NCBI GenBank assembly: GCA_051747805.1
Contig: JBNJGP010000002.1
Coordinates: 7,608 to 71,607 of the forward strand
Reading direction: 5' to 3'
DNA: 64,000 nt
DNA from: Candidatus Muiribacteriota bacterium
GTDB taxonomy: Bacteria; Muiribacteriota; Muiribacteriia; Muiribacteriales; Muiribacteriaceae
A model generated the notes under the pieces. That model did not search any database. It was not told the origin of the DNA and saw nothing but the letters and a program-made list of their open reading frames with translations. This document shows positions 28,512 through 38,058 of the stretch, in pieces; position 1 is the first letter of the stretch, and each line of letters begins with the position of its first letter. The translations under genes were made by a program, and so were the position numbers.

Positions 28512-30126
28512 CCCTGAATTTAATATATCCTTCCTCGAAAAGATTTTTTAATATTTTTTCTATTTTTTTAAACCTGAAATTATCACTTTCTATTTTAAAA
28601 CCAAGCTCAACAAATTTGTTTGCCTCAATTAAAAATAAATACTGAACAATCGAAGAAATTCCCTCTGGAGCATCTCTGTTCTTATCTAAATAAACATTTA
28701 CTATGTCCACTTTTGGAAGAAAATCAATATTTTTACCAAGACTGTGGGCAAGATTTTTCATCTGCTGATCAAGTTCTTTAGTATCCTCCCAGTCTTTTGA
28801 CATCATCATGGCGGCATCAAGATCATACTCTATATCGCCAGACCCTTTACAATGATAAATCCCAGGTCTATCTTTAGATTTTTCATTATCAATATTACAT
28901 CCCTCTTTGTTTAACGAGGAAATAACTATAACTGGACAGTTCAGCTCAAGACTGAGAAGCTTAAGCTGAGTTGAAATTTCTTCAACCTTGAACTTCTCAT
29001 CCATATACTGTCCGGACATAGGCATTTTCTGAAGGTAATCAAAAAACAGAACTATTTCATTAGTGTTAAGCTCCTGCATTGAGTTATAGGCATATGACTT
29101 TATTCTTTCAAGAGTATCTTTTTTAGAACCTTCTATAACATAAAGTCTTTCCATATAATTTTCCATTTTACGCCAGCCTTTTGCAAGATTAACCTCTAAC
29201 TGCGGATTTTTGGCAATCTGTTTTCTCTGAAGTGTATCAGGATTTATTTGACTCTCTTTGGCAAGAAGTCTGTAAATAAGATTTTTCTTAGTCTGTTCCC
29301 AGCTGACAAAAAGCACTGGAATATTATTCCTTGTTGCAAGATTTGTTGCAATTTCAAGTGTAAACGTTGTTTTTCCTCTACGTGGAGCCCCTCCTATACC
29401 ATAAAGAAATCCCTTCCTCAGTCCAGAGAGACTGGAGTTTAAATCATTAAAAGGTCTTATATCATATCCTATTGTAAGTAATTCTCCTTCTTTATTTCTT
29501 TTTTCAATATCCTGTGCAATTTCTATTAACTCATCCTTTATTTTAGTAATTCCTCTGTCAATATGTTGTTTTTGGACGGCGCTTAAGTTCTTTGTTAAAT
29601 CAGCAATATAATCTACAATATGTTTGTTTTTCCTTTCTTCCTTATTCTCAACATATTTAATCATGTCAAGACCCATGTTTTTTAAAGTTTCATAGGCTTT
29701 TTTTTCTTTTAATAAATCAATATAGAGTTTTACCTGAGAAAATTTTATATCTTTAATTGTCTGAAGTTTATTTAACAGCTCAGAGGATTTAATTTTTCCC
29801 TGAGATTTTAATTTCTGTTTTAATACATTAATATCAAGATAATCAGGTTTTTCGGCATAACCCTCTTCAATTAAATTGAAAATATCAATAATATATGGAT
29901 TAGTAAAAATTTTACTATTAATTCCAATTTGAAAACATTTATTTAAAATAAAAGAATCATTTAATAAACCTGCTACAATTATTTCTTCAATTTCATTATT
30001 TACAACTGCTGTATCTGTTTCTGAGGCAATTTCTTTTTTAAGAATATTATAGCTTTCTTTTAAACAGTTCTGACACAATCCAAGTTCGTTTAATTCAGCC
30101 TCTTTATTACATTTTTTACACTTCAT
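28465..30126 (-). CDS. DnaB-family hexameric helicase with an N-terminal zinc ribbon
   Basis: N-terminus MKCKKCNKEAELNELGLCQNCLKE (CxxC-x11-CxxC). The RecA-like core has Walker A GIGGAPRRGKTTFTLEIA and a DnaB-like downstream pattern (VLFVSWEQTKKNLIYRLLAKESQI). Confidence 0.55.
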   Translation of the reverse strand: MKCKKCNKEAELNELGLCQNCLKESYNILKKEIASETDTAVVNNEIEEIIVAGLLNDSFILNKCFQIGINSKIFTNPYIIDIFNLIEEGYAEKPDYLDINVLKQKLKSQGKIKSSELLNKLQTIKDIKFSQVKLYIDLLKEKKAYETLKNMGLDMIKYVENKEERKNKHIVDYIADLTKNLSAVQKQHIDRGITKIKDELIEIAQDIEKRNKEGELLTIGYDIRPFNDLNSSLSGLRKGFLYGIGGAPRRGKTTFTLEIATNLATRNNIPVLFVSWEQTKKNLIYRLLAKESQINPDTLQRKQIAKNPQLEVNLAKGWRKMENYMERLYVIEGSKKDTLERIKSYAYNSMQELNTNEIVLFFDYLQKMPMSGQYMDEKFKVEEISTQLKLLSLELNCPVIVISSLNKEGCNIDNEKSKDRPGIYHCKGSGDIEYDLDAAMMMSKDWEDTKELDQQMKNLAHSLGKNIDFLPKVDIVNVYLDKNRDAPEGISSIVQYLFLIEANKFVELGFKIESDNFRFKKIEKILKNLFEEGYIKFRDGAGDVGKEKPTINF

Positions 30127-30307
30127 TTATAATTCTCCCGGAATTTTTTCAGGAGTTAATCCTATAATAATTATTGTTTTTTTTCAAATTTTTTACATAT
30201 TAAACAGAAATTCTCAATGAAAAAAGAGGAAATTCTTGTTTTGATGAGGTCTGTGCCAACTTAACTTTATGAAAAAATAATGACAATATTAAATGCTTAG
30301 GACAGGA

Positions 30308-31390
30308 TTAAAAAACATCGTCATCTGAAAGCTGCCCTGATACATCCATCCATATTCCCTCTTTTGATTTATCGCGGGGAGCTTTTTCCGGGCTGTCTGA
30401 ATTTAACGGCTCATCTTTTTGTATTAAATCTTTTTGAATTTTTGGTGTAAGAAAAATAACAATTTCCCTTCTTCTCTTTACCTTCCGTCTTCTCTGAAAT
30501 GCTCTTCCCAGCAGAGGCAAATCACCCAGTATCGGAACTTTCATAAAACTCTCTGTATTATCTACTTTAATAAGTCCGCCAATTGCAACAACACTGTTAT
30601 CCTTTACAAGAACCTCTGTATTGGCTTTTATTGTATCAATAATTGGCCCATTTTCAGGAGACCATCCTGCAAAAGAACTTATTTCCGGACTTATTTTCAG
30701 CTTAATTATACTTTCTTCACCAGCAACTATTTCAGCCTCTACATTTAATTTAATTCCGGCCTCTAAAAATTCGGTGTTTTCTGATACTTTCCCGTCAGAA
30801 GTTATACTTTCCTTATAGGGTATTCTCTGCCCAATTAAAATATCTGACTTTTTTCCATCCATAAGAAAAAGTTTTGGATTTGAAATTATGCTGATATTTT
30901 CCCGTTCTATCATCTTGTTTATAATTGTATCAAAATCATCGGCGTTTATTGTAGAAAGCTTTAAATTACCTCCAGTATTATAGGTTGAAGGTGGCAGATT
31001 AACATCCAGGCCAGCACCGTAGGTTGTATTTGAATCCAAAACAGAAAAAGTTCGGTTAAGCTCCCACTCAAAACCAAAATCATTGTCCTGATTCATACCT
31101 ATTTCAACAATTCTTGCCTCTATCATCATCTGACGGGCACCTTTCTTTAAAACCACACTATCGTAAATTTGAGAAAGTTTTTTTATATTTTCAGAAGAAT
31201 CATTAATAATAATTTTTCCGCTTTTAGAATCTGCATGAAAAGAAGCTTTTTCAGAAACAAAATCTTTTAATATTTCAGCAACATTTTCAGTATCCTGAGG
31301 ATTCAACTCAAAAATTTTAAGCTCCATACCATAAACACCCACAGAGCATGTAATAATCAAAAACACTATAAATAATTTAAAATTTTTCAT
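30308..31390 (-). CDS. Secretin (GspD/PilQ family), short form
   Basis: Signal peptide, N0-like domain, MMIEARIVEI, ISNPKL, and C-terminal VPILGDLPLLGRAFQ...EIVIFLTPKI secretin signature. Confidence 0.75.
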   Translation of the reverse strand: MKNFKLFIVFLIITCSVGVYGMELKIFELNPQDTENVAEILKDFVSEKASFHADSKSGKIIINDSSENIKKLSQIYDSVVLKKGARQMMIEARIVEIGMNQDNDFGFEWELNRTFSVLDSNTTYGAGLDVNLPPSTYNTGGNLKLSTINADDFDTIINKMIERENISIISNPKLFLMDGKKSDILIGQRIPYKESITSDGKVSENTEFLEAGIKLNVEAEIVAGEESIIKLKISPEISSFAGWSPENGPIIDTIKANTEVLVKDNSVVAIGGLIKVDNTESFMKVPILGDLPLLGRAFQRRRKVKRRREIVIFLTPKIQKDLIQKDEPLNSDSPEKAPRDKSKEGIWMDVSGQLSDDDVF

Positions 31391-31391
31391 A

Positions 31392-31667
31392 TCAATTTAT
31401 TTCCCTTGGATTTTTTTTAACATGTTCAATCGCCTTTATCACCTGAGTAATAATATCCACTTTATACTGAAGCTTTAAAAATTCCAGTTTAATATATGCT
31501 TCTCCCTCGAGTGTAACAACATATTTTACTGGAAGATTATTAAGAGAAATTGCGATAATATCCAGAATATCCTTTTGTGAGAAAGAATGTTCCTTATCAT
31601 TTTTAACAAGTTCCCTTACCTTTTCATCCACAAGTATTTCCATTACATTTTTTAATTTATGTTTCAA
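31392..31667 (-). CDS. ComFB-like (late competence development) small protein
   Basis: 91 aa. DILDIIAISLNNLPVKYVVT resembles the ComFB core (ALNxLPPxYV). It is translationally adjacent to the secretin. Confidence 0.35.
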   Translation of the reverse strand: MKHKLKNVMEILVDEKVRELVKNDKEHSFSQKDILDIIAISLNNLPVKYVVTLEGEAYIKLEFLKLQYKVDIITQVIKAIEHVKKNPREIN

Positions 31668-31681
31668 AAAACCTCCAACTA

Positions 31682-32644
31682 TTAAAAAAGCATTGAGCCG
31701 CCTATAAAATGTTGATCCACATCGCTGTCATAATCACCCATATATGCATAATCCATTCTGAAATTCGGAGTTACATTCATGGAAAATCCCATATTGAAAT
31801 TTGCATTTTTTGAACCAAAACGGAACGTAAGATTATTTTCAATAAACTTTTTTTCAAGCCCTATCCTGAATTCAGCCTCATCTCCTTCCGCACCCTCAAC
31901 TTCAGAACTTGAAATAATATTATAACCATCAAGAGCTACAAACGTAGTTTCATCAATATGCATTGATACTCCAAGGGAAAAAACTGTAGGCAAGTCATAA
32001 GGAGAATCTTTAAACAAGTTATCTATTGTTAAACCAATATCAAGAAACTCCGAAAATTCGTAAATGGCACCAAAACCCATTGTTGTTTCTGAAAAATCCT
32101 TTAACTTTCCTTCTGAATCAAGATAGTTTGTGTAATTATCAAATCCAAGCTTTACTCCAGTCAGCACAGCAGCACCCGGCTGACCAAATAAATGCATTTT
32201 TCTTGCCACTCCAAGTCTGAATGAATCTTTTTCGAAATTATTACCATCAGCCGAAAAAAGCATTCCTATTCCAAAATTATATGCAACTGTTTTTTCATTA
32301 ACAGGTGGTTGCAATCTCCTTTCAAGGTATTCACTTATTGTAAACCTGACCTCCCGGTCATTATCCAGCGACTGGGAGGTAAAAGCCGCCCCGTCATAGG
32401 CTAAATCATTTCTTAAATTAGCCTTAATCATAAAATTCCCCTCCCTTACGCCGGAGGGAATTTTAGCCAGTCCTGCCGGATTATAAAAAACTCCGGCAGC
32501 ATCATCAGACACTGCAACATAAGCCTCGCCAAGTCCTATTGGTCTAACACCAAAATCACCAAAACCAAGATTACGTACTCCTACAGTTGAATAACTTGTA
32601 ATAATAGAAAATGTTAGTAATAAAATTAAAAATATTTTCTTCAT
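31682..32644 (-). CDS. Outer-membrane beta-barrel protein, FadL/PorV-like
   Basis: Signal peptide, N-terminal GLGEAYVAVSDDAAGVFYNPAGLA (FadL/Toluene_X-type motif), alternating beta-strand pattern, and C-terminal Phe. Confidence 0.45.
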   Translation of the reverse strand: MKKIFLILLLTFSIITSYSTVGVRNLGFGDFGVRPIGLGEAYVAVSDDAAGVFYNPAGLAKIPSGVREGNFMIKANLRNDLAYDGAAFTSQSLDNDREVRFTISEYLERRLQPPVNEKTVAYNFGIGMLFSADGNNFEKDSFRLGVARKMHLFGQPGAAVLTGVKLGFDNYTNYLDSEGKLKDFSETTMGFGAIYEFSEFLDIGLTIDNLFKDSPYDLPTVFSLGVSMHIDETTFVALDGYNIISSSEVEGAEGDEAEFRIGLEKKFIENNLTFRFGSKNANFNMGFSMNVTPNFRMDYAYMGDYDSDVDQHFIGGSMLF

Positions 32645-32662
32645 TTTATTTTTTTCCTCCCT

Positions 32663-33880
32663 TTACTCTACAAAACCATGCAGAATATTACCTTCCCTGT
32701 CTATACATTTTACTTTAATGCTGTTTTCTTCACCATGCTCTATTCTGTACATTCCGCCGTTGCTGCATTTAATCTCCTCAGTAACAAAGCCCGCGAGAAG
32801 CAAATCAAAAAATGTAAAATTACTGTCAATTGGATTTTCCTTTTTATATTCTTCGGCAGCATCTTTAATTTTCTCCATATTTTTTCTGCAATTTTCCTTA
32901 TTATCAACATCTTTATCTGATATTAATTCTTGGTTTAATTTTTTTTCCTGCTCTTTTAAAAAGTTTTCTGCCTGTACATCAACATCAATATCTATGATTT
33001 CTTTGCCGTCAATTTTTTTTGAATATATCATAGGCAATTTCACAAATTTTGCATTCTCTCTATTTGGACTAATTTTATAATTAGATAAAATATCTTTTTG
33101 AATGAAGTTTTTTCCATCATCTAAAATATCCAGCACATTTGGATTTCCATAATAATTTGAGCCTCCACCAAAATATTTTGACCCGGCACTTGCAGAAACC
33201 GGTTTAACATAAAGATTCTTTCTAGTTAAATTATCTTCTGAAAAACCCATTACAAGAACCTGATAACCCCACCAGTCTCTGGGTTCCCCAACATGTTTTT
33301 TTGGCACTTTTGCAGTTATTGTTTTATGCGAAGTTACATAAAACTCAGGAAGGGCAATTTTACCACTTTTATACCATAGTTTTGTCTGAATATTATCATA
33401 ATCATATTCAAGAAACTTTTTTATTTTTTCTGACCCTAAAGGAGTTACAAGCACTACTGATTCCCAGCCCTGATTATGTTTAAACTCAACATCTCTTCCA
33501 GGTAAAGATTTAGTTTCACCAGAGTAGGGTTGCTGATCACGGTCAATATATACATCTATCATTATCTGATCAAATCTGCCAAAATATGAATTATTTCTAT
33601 TAACTGGTTCATGAAACTCAAATTTCATATAAACAAAATCATTCACATCCTCAACAGTAAAGCTTTTTAAATCAAAAGCCTCTCTACTTATTTCTGGATT
33701 TCTCGGATAAACATAATACCCCGGTCCATAACCGTCTCCCTCAACATCCTCATGATAAAAAAAAGCATCCCGGTTAACTGCTCTTGCAACACTTTTTTCA
33801 ACAGGATTCATACCACAGCTTATATTTAGAATTGCCAGTATAATAATTTTTAAAAAAATAAAAAATTTTACCTTTTTCAT
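32663..33880 (-). CDS. Lipoprotein with glucodextranase-C-like surface domain
   Basis: Lipobox ILNISCGM. DVEGDGYGPGYYVYPRNPEISREAFDLKSFTVED resembles the DPxGDDxGPGxYxYPT motif of glucodextranase-like C-terminal domains. Confidence 0.4.
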   Translation of the reverse strand: MKKVKFFIFLKIIILAILNISCGMNPVEKSVARAVNRDAFFYHEDVEGDGYGPGYYVYPRNPEISREAFDLKSFTVEDVNDFVYMKFEFHEPVNRNNSYFGRFDQIMIDVYIDRDQQPYSGETKSLPGRDVEFKHNQGWESVVLVTPLGSEKIKKFLEYDYDNIQTKLWYKSGKIALPEFYVTSHKTITAKVPKKHVGEPRDWWGYQVLVMGFSEDNLTRKNLYVKPVSASAGSKYFGGGSNYYGNPNVLDILDDGKNFIQKDILSNYKISPNRENAKFVKLPMIYSKKIDGKEIIDIDVDVQAENFLKEQEKKLNQELISDKDVDNKENCRKNMEKIKDAAEEYKKENPIDSNFTFFDLLLAGFVTEEIKCSNGGMYRIEHGEENSIKVKCIDREGNILHGFVE

Positions 33881-33889
33881 TTAAACTCC

Positions 33890-36067
33890 CTAAAAATTGC
33901 TTGAAATCTGAAGTCTTAACCTTTTAAAAGTTTCAGTATTTAAACTATGAACATTAGTATTATCAAAAGCATTATCCCCATTCGACCAGGAAGGCGAATA
34001 AACAAGGCTCAGACTAGTTCCATCAGCTCCAGAATAACTTATATCAGCATGTGTATGCTGTTTAAAACTGCCGGAGTCTTCTTCTCTCCACCAGTAACCG
34101 AACCTGCCTCTCAGGTTAGGCGAAAACGAGGCCGAAAGAACAGTTTTTATAAATTTTGTTCTTTCTAAATCCTGATTATAAGCACCCGCATTTTTAATAT
34201 AAAAAGAGTTTTCCATCACATAATTTTCAGAAATATCTGTTGTTGTTTCAAAAGTCCACCACCACTCTTTTGCCTCCACATCATCTGGTGAAGGCGAGTT
34301 TATATCATCCCAGCCATGGGCTTCTTTTTTATAATTATATCCAAGATTCATAAATATTGTATCTGTAGCATCAAAACCCATATTTGTCCAGAATTCATTT
34401 TCTCTTCTTGCGCTTCCTTCCAGGTTTTTCCGATCATTATTTTTTTCTGAGGCTACCCCGAGATTAAAATCTGCACCATTTAGCGACGAAAGTGTTGTAA
34501 ATATCTTCAGCTCATTTTTATATCGACCCTTTACATCAGGAGCAGGATTTTTCCAGAACCTGTTTAAAATTTCAGCTTTGAAATTATTTGAAAAAGTTGG
34601 ATATAAATCAAGATTATATCTGGAAGCATCAAAGTTAAACCATTCATCTGAGCCATCATTCTCCTTCCACCACAATCTTAAATATCCCATATTTACATGG
34701 ACATTCTGTCCGCTTCCAAGCGAAAAATCATATGTATTAGTTAAATCAAAAAATCTCTCTCCAAACTGATTAGCATTTCCCCAGGTATAATACCACTCAC
34801 TTCTTCCAGAAAATTCTGTATTCCTGAAAGAATAATTATAATCCGGTATAAAATGAAGTCCAAATCCAGAATCATAATTATAATAGGTAATATTCGAGGA
34901 TAACGGACCTTTTTTATAACTCGTTGTCATTCTGAAACCTTTATATTCATCTACATCATCGGGAGTTGACGTACCCACATTATTTCTGGTTTCCATCAAC
35001 GCTGCATTTGTAGTCAGGGAATAATCCCCTGATTTTGAAAATTCAACATCCATTCCAGTTACATTATGAAATCTTGCCCTGGGGTTTTCGGGGTCATGTG
35101 GCAGATAACCTTCTACCAGAGAGGCCCCTATATTAATTGATGCTTCGGGCATAATATGTTCTGGCACTGTATATCTTGTTCTGGCTCCAAGATAATCATT
35201 ATATGTTTCGCCGGGAGAAGATTTTAATCTGAAGGCTGTAAGAAAATAACTTGTATCTCCATCAAGATTTCCACTTGCCTCCATTCCAGATCCAGTATCT
35301 ATACCTATTCCTGAATGCCACGGTGCCGATAAAAGACTTACTGGATCATCAAGGCCCGAGAACCCTTCTCTGAAAAAAAATCTCATATTCGCTTTTGGAG
35401 CATTAAAACTATAATTGGCCGAATCAATTGCCAGTTTATTCTGATCATTATAGCTTATTTCATCTGTTCCCACCAGTTCTGGTGGCGAACCTATATCTGT
35501 CATCGAATTTTCCATTTTCATATAAAACTGAGACTGCTCAGAAGGTTTTGAAAGCATTTCAAGAGTCACTTTATGAAATGGGTCGGTAAATCCTCTGTTT
35601 GAATCATTAAATCCAGATTCCTGAACATCATAATTCTGCTCATAAAAATAAGAACCATATATTCTAAACTGTCCTGCCTCCTGCTGTATTTCCTTTTGTT
35701 TTTCTTCCAGTGTGCTCACCCGGTCCTCAAGATTTCCCACCCTGATGCCAAGTGAGTCCAGCTCATCGCGATATTCAGTTGAAAGTTTCCGTAATGTTGC
35801 AGCCTCTCTAGCATCAATAAATCCACCCGAACTTTGAACATCACGAACTTTATCAAGCATTTTTGCAACTGTAACAGCCATTTCATATCTGGTAACAGTA
35901 TTCTGTCCCTTAAAAGAACCATCAGGATAATTTCCAAGATATCCAAGAGAAATCAGCTCTCTAACAGCTTCGTAAGCCCAGTGGTCTTCAGGAACATCTG
36001 AAAAGGGATTTGAATATGAACATATAAACAATATTAAAAAAACAAGTAATACTATAACTTTTTTCAA
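33890..36067 (-). CDS. SLH-domain outer membrane protein (OmpM/Omp-alpha-like: SLH + coiled coil + beta-barrel)
   Basis: After the signal peptide: FSDVPEDHWAYEAVRELISLGYLGNYPDGSFKGQNTVTRYEMAVTVAKML (SLH). A heptad coiled-coil segment follows (LEDRVSTLEEKQKEIQQEAGQ). The long C-terminal region is Gly/Asn/Tyr/Ser-rich and beta-barrel-like and ends in F. Confidence 0.7.
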   Translation of the reverse strand: MKKVIVLLVFLILFICSYSNPFSDVPEDHWAYEAVRELISLGYLGNYPDGSFKGQNTVTRYEMAVTVAKMLDKVRDVQSSGGFIDAREAATLRKLSTEYRDELDSLGIRVGNLEDRVSTLEEKQKEIQQEAGQFRIYGSYFYEQNYDVQESGFNDSNRGFTDPFHKVTLEMLSKPSEQSQFYMKMENSMTDIGSPPELVGTDEISYNDQNKLAIDSANYSFNAPKANMRFFFREGFSGLDDPVSLLSAPWHSGIGIDTGSGMEASGNLDGDTSYFLTAFRLKSSPGETYNDYLGARTRYTVPEHIMPEASINIGASLVEGYLPHDPENPRARFHNVTGMDVEFSKSGDYSLTTNAALMETRNNVGTSTPDDVDEYKGFRMTTSYKKGPLSSNITYYNYDSGFGLHFIPDYNYSFRNTEFSGRSEWYYTWGNANQFGERFFDLTNTYDFSLGSGQNVHVNMGYLRLWWKENDGSDEWFNFDASRYNLDLYPTFSNNFKAEILNRFWKNPAPDVKGRYKNELKIFTTLSSLNGADFNLGVASEKNNDRKNLEGSARRENEFWTNMGFDATDTIFMNLGYNYKKEAHGWDDINSPSPDDVEAKEWWWTFETTTDISENYVMENSFYIKNAGAYNQDLERTKFIKTVLSASFSPNLRGRFGYWWREEDSGSFKQHTHADISYSGADGTSLSLVYSPSWSNGDNAFDNTNVHSLNTETFKRLRLQISSNF

Positions 36068-36152
36068 ATTTATCTCCCGATTATTTTTAATACCTGATTG
36101 TTTGAACTATCGGAAAATAAATAAAATTGAATTAAAACTTGAGGTTTTGAAT

Positions 36153-36815
36153 TTACCGCTGACCATTTACTTCAATAAATGAATTCATTCCTCCGTAACC
36201 GTCATCCTTTAAAATCTCAGCCTCAGTATCTGAATACCAATATTTTTCATCAACAACAAACATGTACATATATCTACCTGAATCAAGGAAAAACTCCCCA
36301 GTCCATACCCCGTCACCATCATAATCACTTAATTCATGCTTACCAGGCTGCCAGTTGTTGAAATCTCCCACAACAGAAACCGATTCAGCCTCATGATTAG
36401 TATAAGAAAAAATTATTATATTTTCATTTGTTTCCTCTTTAATTATGTCATTTTCTGAGCTCTTAATTTCTTCATCTTTTTCAACTTCTACAACTTCAAT
36501 ATAGGAATTTTCAAAGTTCCCGTCTTTTACAATTGATGGATTATCCGGGTCTAAAATCCAATCAGTATTATTTATCACAAATTTATACTGATAATTTCCT
36601 GTTTGCAGGGGGATAAATATCTCCCATCTCCCATCAACTTTTTCCATAATATGTGTAGTATCTGACCAGTCGTTAAAAGTTGCGGTCAGGGAAACACTTT
36701 CATAATTATTATTTTCTATATAAAAAAGCACTCCGTCCTGTTTTATAAGGTAACCAGAATAAATATTTATAAAAAATAATAAAAAAATAATAATAACAGG
36801 AATTTTTTTCTTCAT
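36153..36815 (-). CDS. Secreted protein with two tandem CBM48/AMPK-beta-like glycogen-binding-type domains
   Basis: Signal peptide. Two repeats of the F-NDW...W...L..G.Y.YKFVVD..W pattern (ATFNDWSDTTHIMEKVDGRWEIFIPLQTGNYQYKFVINNTDW and VVGDFNNWQPGKHELSDYDGDGVWTGEFFLDSGRYMYMFVVDEKYW). Confidence 0.5.
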   Translation of the reverse strand: MKKKIPVIIIFLLFFINIYSGYLIKQDGVLFYIENNNYESVSLTATFNDWSDTTHIMEKVDGRWEIFIPLQTGNYQYKFVINNTDWILDPDNPSIVKDGNFENSYIEVVEVEKDEEIKSSENDIIKEETNENIIIFSYTNHEAESVSVVGDFNNWQPGKHELSDYDGDGVWTGEFFLDSGRYMYMFVVDEKYWYSDTEAEILKDDGYGGMNSFIEVNGQR

Positions 36816-36832
36816 TTTCAGATTAAGCCTCC

Positions 36833-37984
36833 TTACTTTTTCCAGATGTCATCTAAATAATTTTTAAGCTCATTATATCTGTTTATACTTTTTAAATAAC
36901 TTTTTAAATGATTTTCTGTCATACAGCCAAAAGGTTGTCCAAAACAGTACTTGCATATTTTAATCAAGTTAAAGTTATCAGTTATATGATACATACGGAG
37001 TTTTTTTAATTTCTCTCCCTGCCAAATATCAAAAAAAGGAGTTTCCTTTACATTTCCAAGACTCATATTTGCCCTGAAATCTCTGCAACAGGCAGAAGTT
37101 TCACCATCATATCTTATACCAAAATGCTGCCAAAGTCCTACACAGGGCTGTCTTCTTTTATTTTTATCTTTTTTATCTTCCTCGGAGTATTCCCCTGACA
37201 CAAACGATTTTTTTCCTTTAGTTTCTTTTTTTAATAATCCCTCTTTAATTAAAACATTTTTATGTAATTCATCATAATAAGACTGTTTTTTATTATCTTC
37301 AGCAATCAGTCTTCTTAAAAAAATACTATCCTGCTCGAGTCCGGCAGAATCGTCCCAGATAACAGGCGGGTCTATCCCATATTTTTCAAATTCAGTTTTC
37401 CAGAAATCAATAAAATCTCCCGCCTCCTCAAAATTTTCATCCATTATAATAAACTGTAATATAAGGCTGGGGAATTCTCTCTTTTTACTAAAACGGAGTT
37501 TAATAAAATTTTTAATATTTTGAACTGTTTTATTAAAATCTCCCCCTCTTCTGATTTTTCTATAGGTTTCATAGGAATTAGAGTCAATTGATACAGTGAT
37601 GGGTCCAAATAAATCCGATTCAATTATTGTTTCTGCAACTTCTTCATCAATAAGGGTAAAGTTTGAATGAAGTGACCATACTTCCCAACATTCTGGAAAC
37701 ATTTTCTTTTTTTCTGTCGCGTATTCAACAGCCTTTTTAAATTCAGGGTAAAGTGCGGGTTCTCCATTCCAGAAAGGTATAATTACGCGGGCTTTCTGTG
37801 GCGGTGTGCATAATTCATCAATAATTTTTTTATATAAACCAAAATCCATAACACCCCTGAATTTTTCATTTCTGTTTATTTTCGACTGAGGACACATAAT
37901 ACAGTTAAGATTGCAGTAGGAAATTAAATCCAGGATCAAAACAGGTATTGGTTCATTATGCTTTTTTAAAATAAAATCTGTCAT
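36833..37984 (-). CDS. Radical SAM enzyme with C-terminal SPASM/twitch auxiliary-cluster domain (paralog 1)
   Basis: CNLNCIMC (CX3CX2C) 16 aa from the start. GGE-like FWNGEPALYPEF. KIRRGG. C-terminal PCVGLWQHFGIRYDGETSACC (C-x13-G-x4-C) and CKYCFGQPFGC. Confidence 0.8.
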   Translation of the reverse strand: MTDFILKKHNEPIPVLILDLISYCNLNCIMCPQSKINRNEKFRGVMDFGLYKKIIDELCTPPQKARVIIPFWNGEPALYPEFKKAVEYATEKKKMFPECWEVWSLHSNFTLIDEEVAETIIESDLFGPITVSIDSNSYETYRKIRRGGDFNKTVQNIKNFIKLRFSKKREFPSLILQFIIMDENFEEAGDFIDFWKTEFEKYGIDPPVIWDDSAGLEQDSIFLRRLIAEDNKKQSYYDELHKNVLIKEGLLKKETKGKKSFVSGEYSEEDKKDKNKRRQPCVGLWQHFGIRYDGETSACCRDFRANMSLGNVKETPFFDIWQGEKLKKLRMYHITDNFNLIKICKYCFGQPFGCMTENHLKSYLKSINRYNELKNYLDDIWKK

Positions 37985-38058
37985 TTATAATCCTTCTTAA
38001 GCTTATCAAAATAAGTAACTGCCGCCATTCAACTAAGGATTTTCGGGCAAATTGAGAA

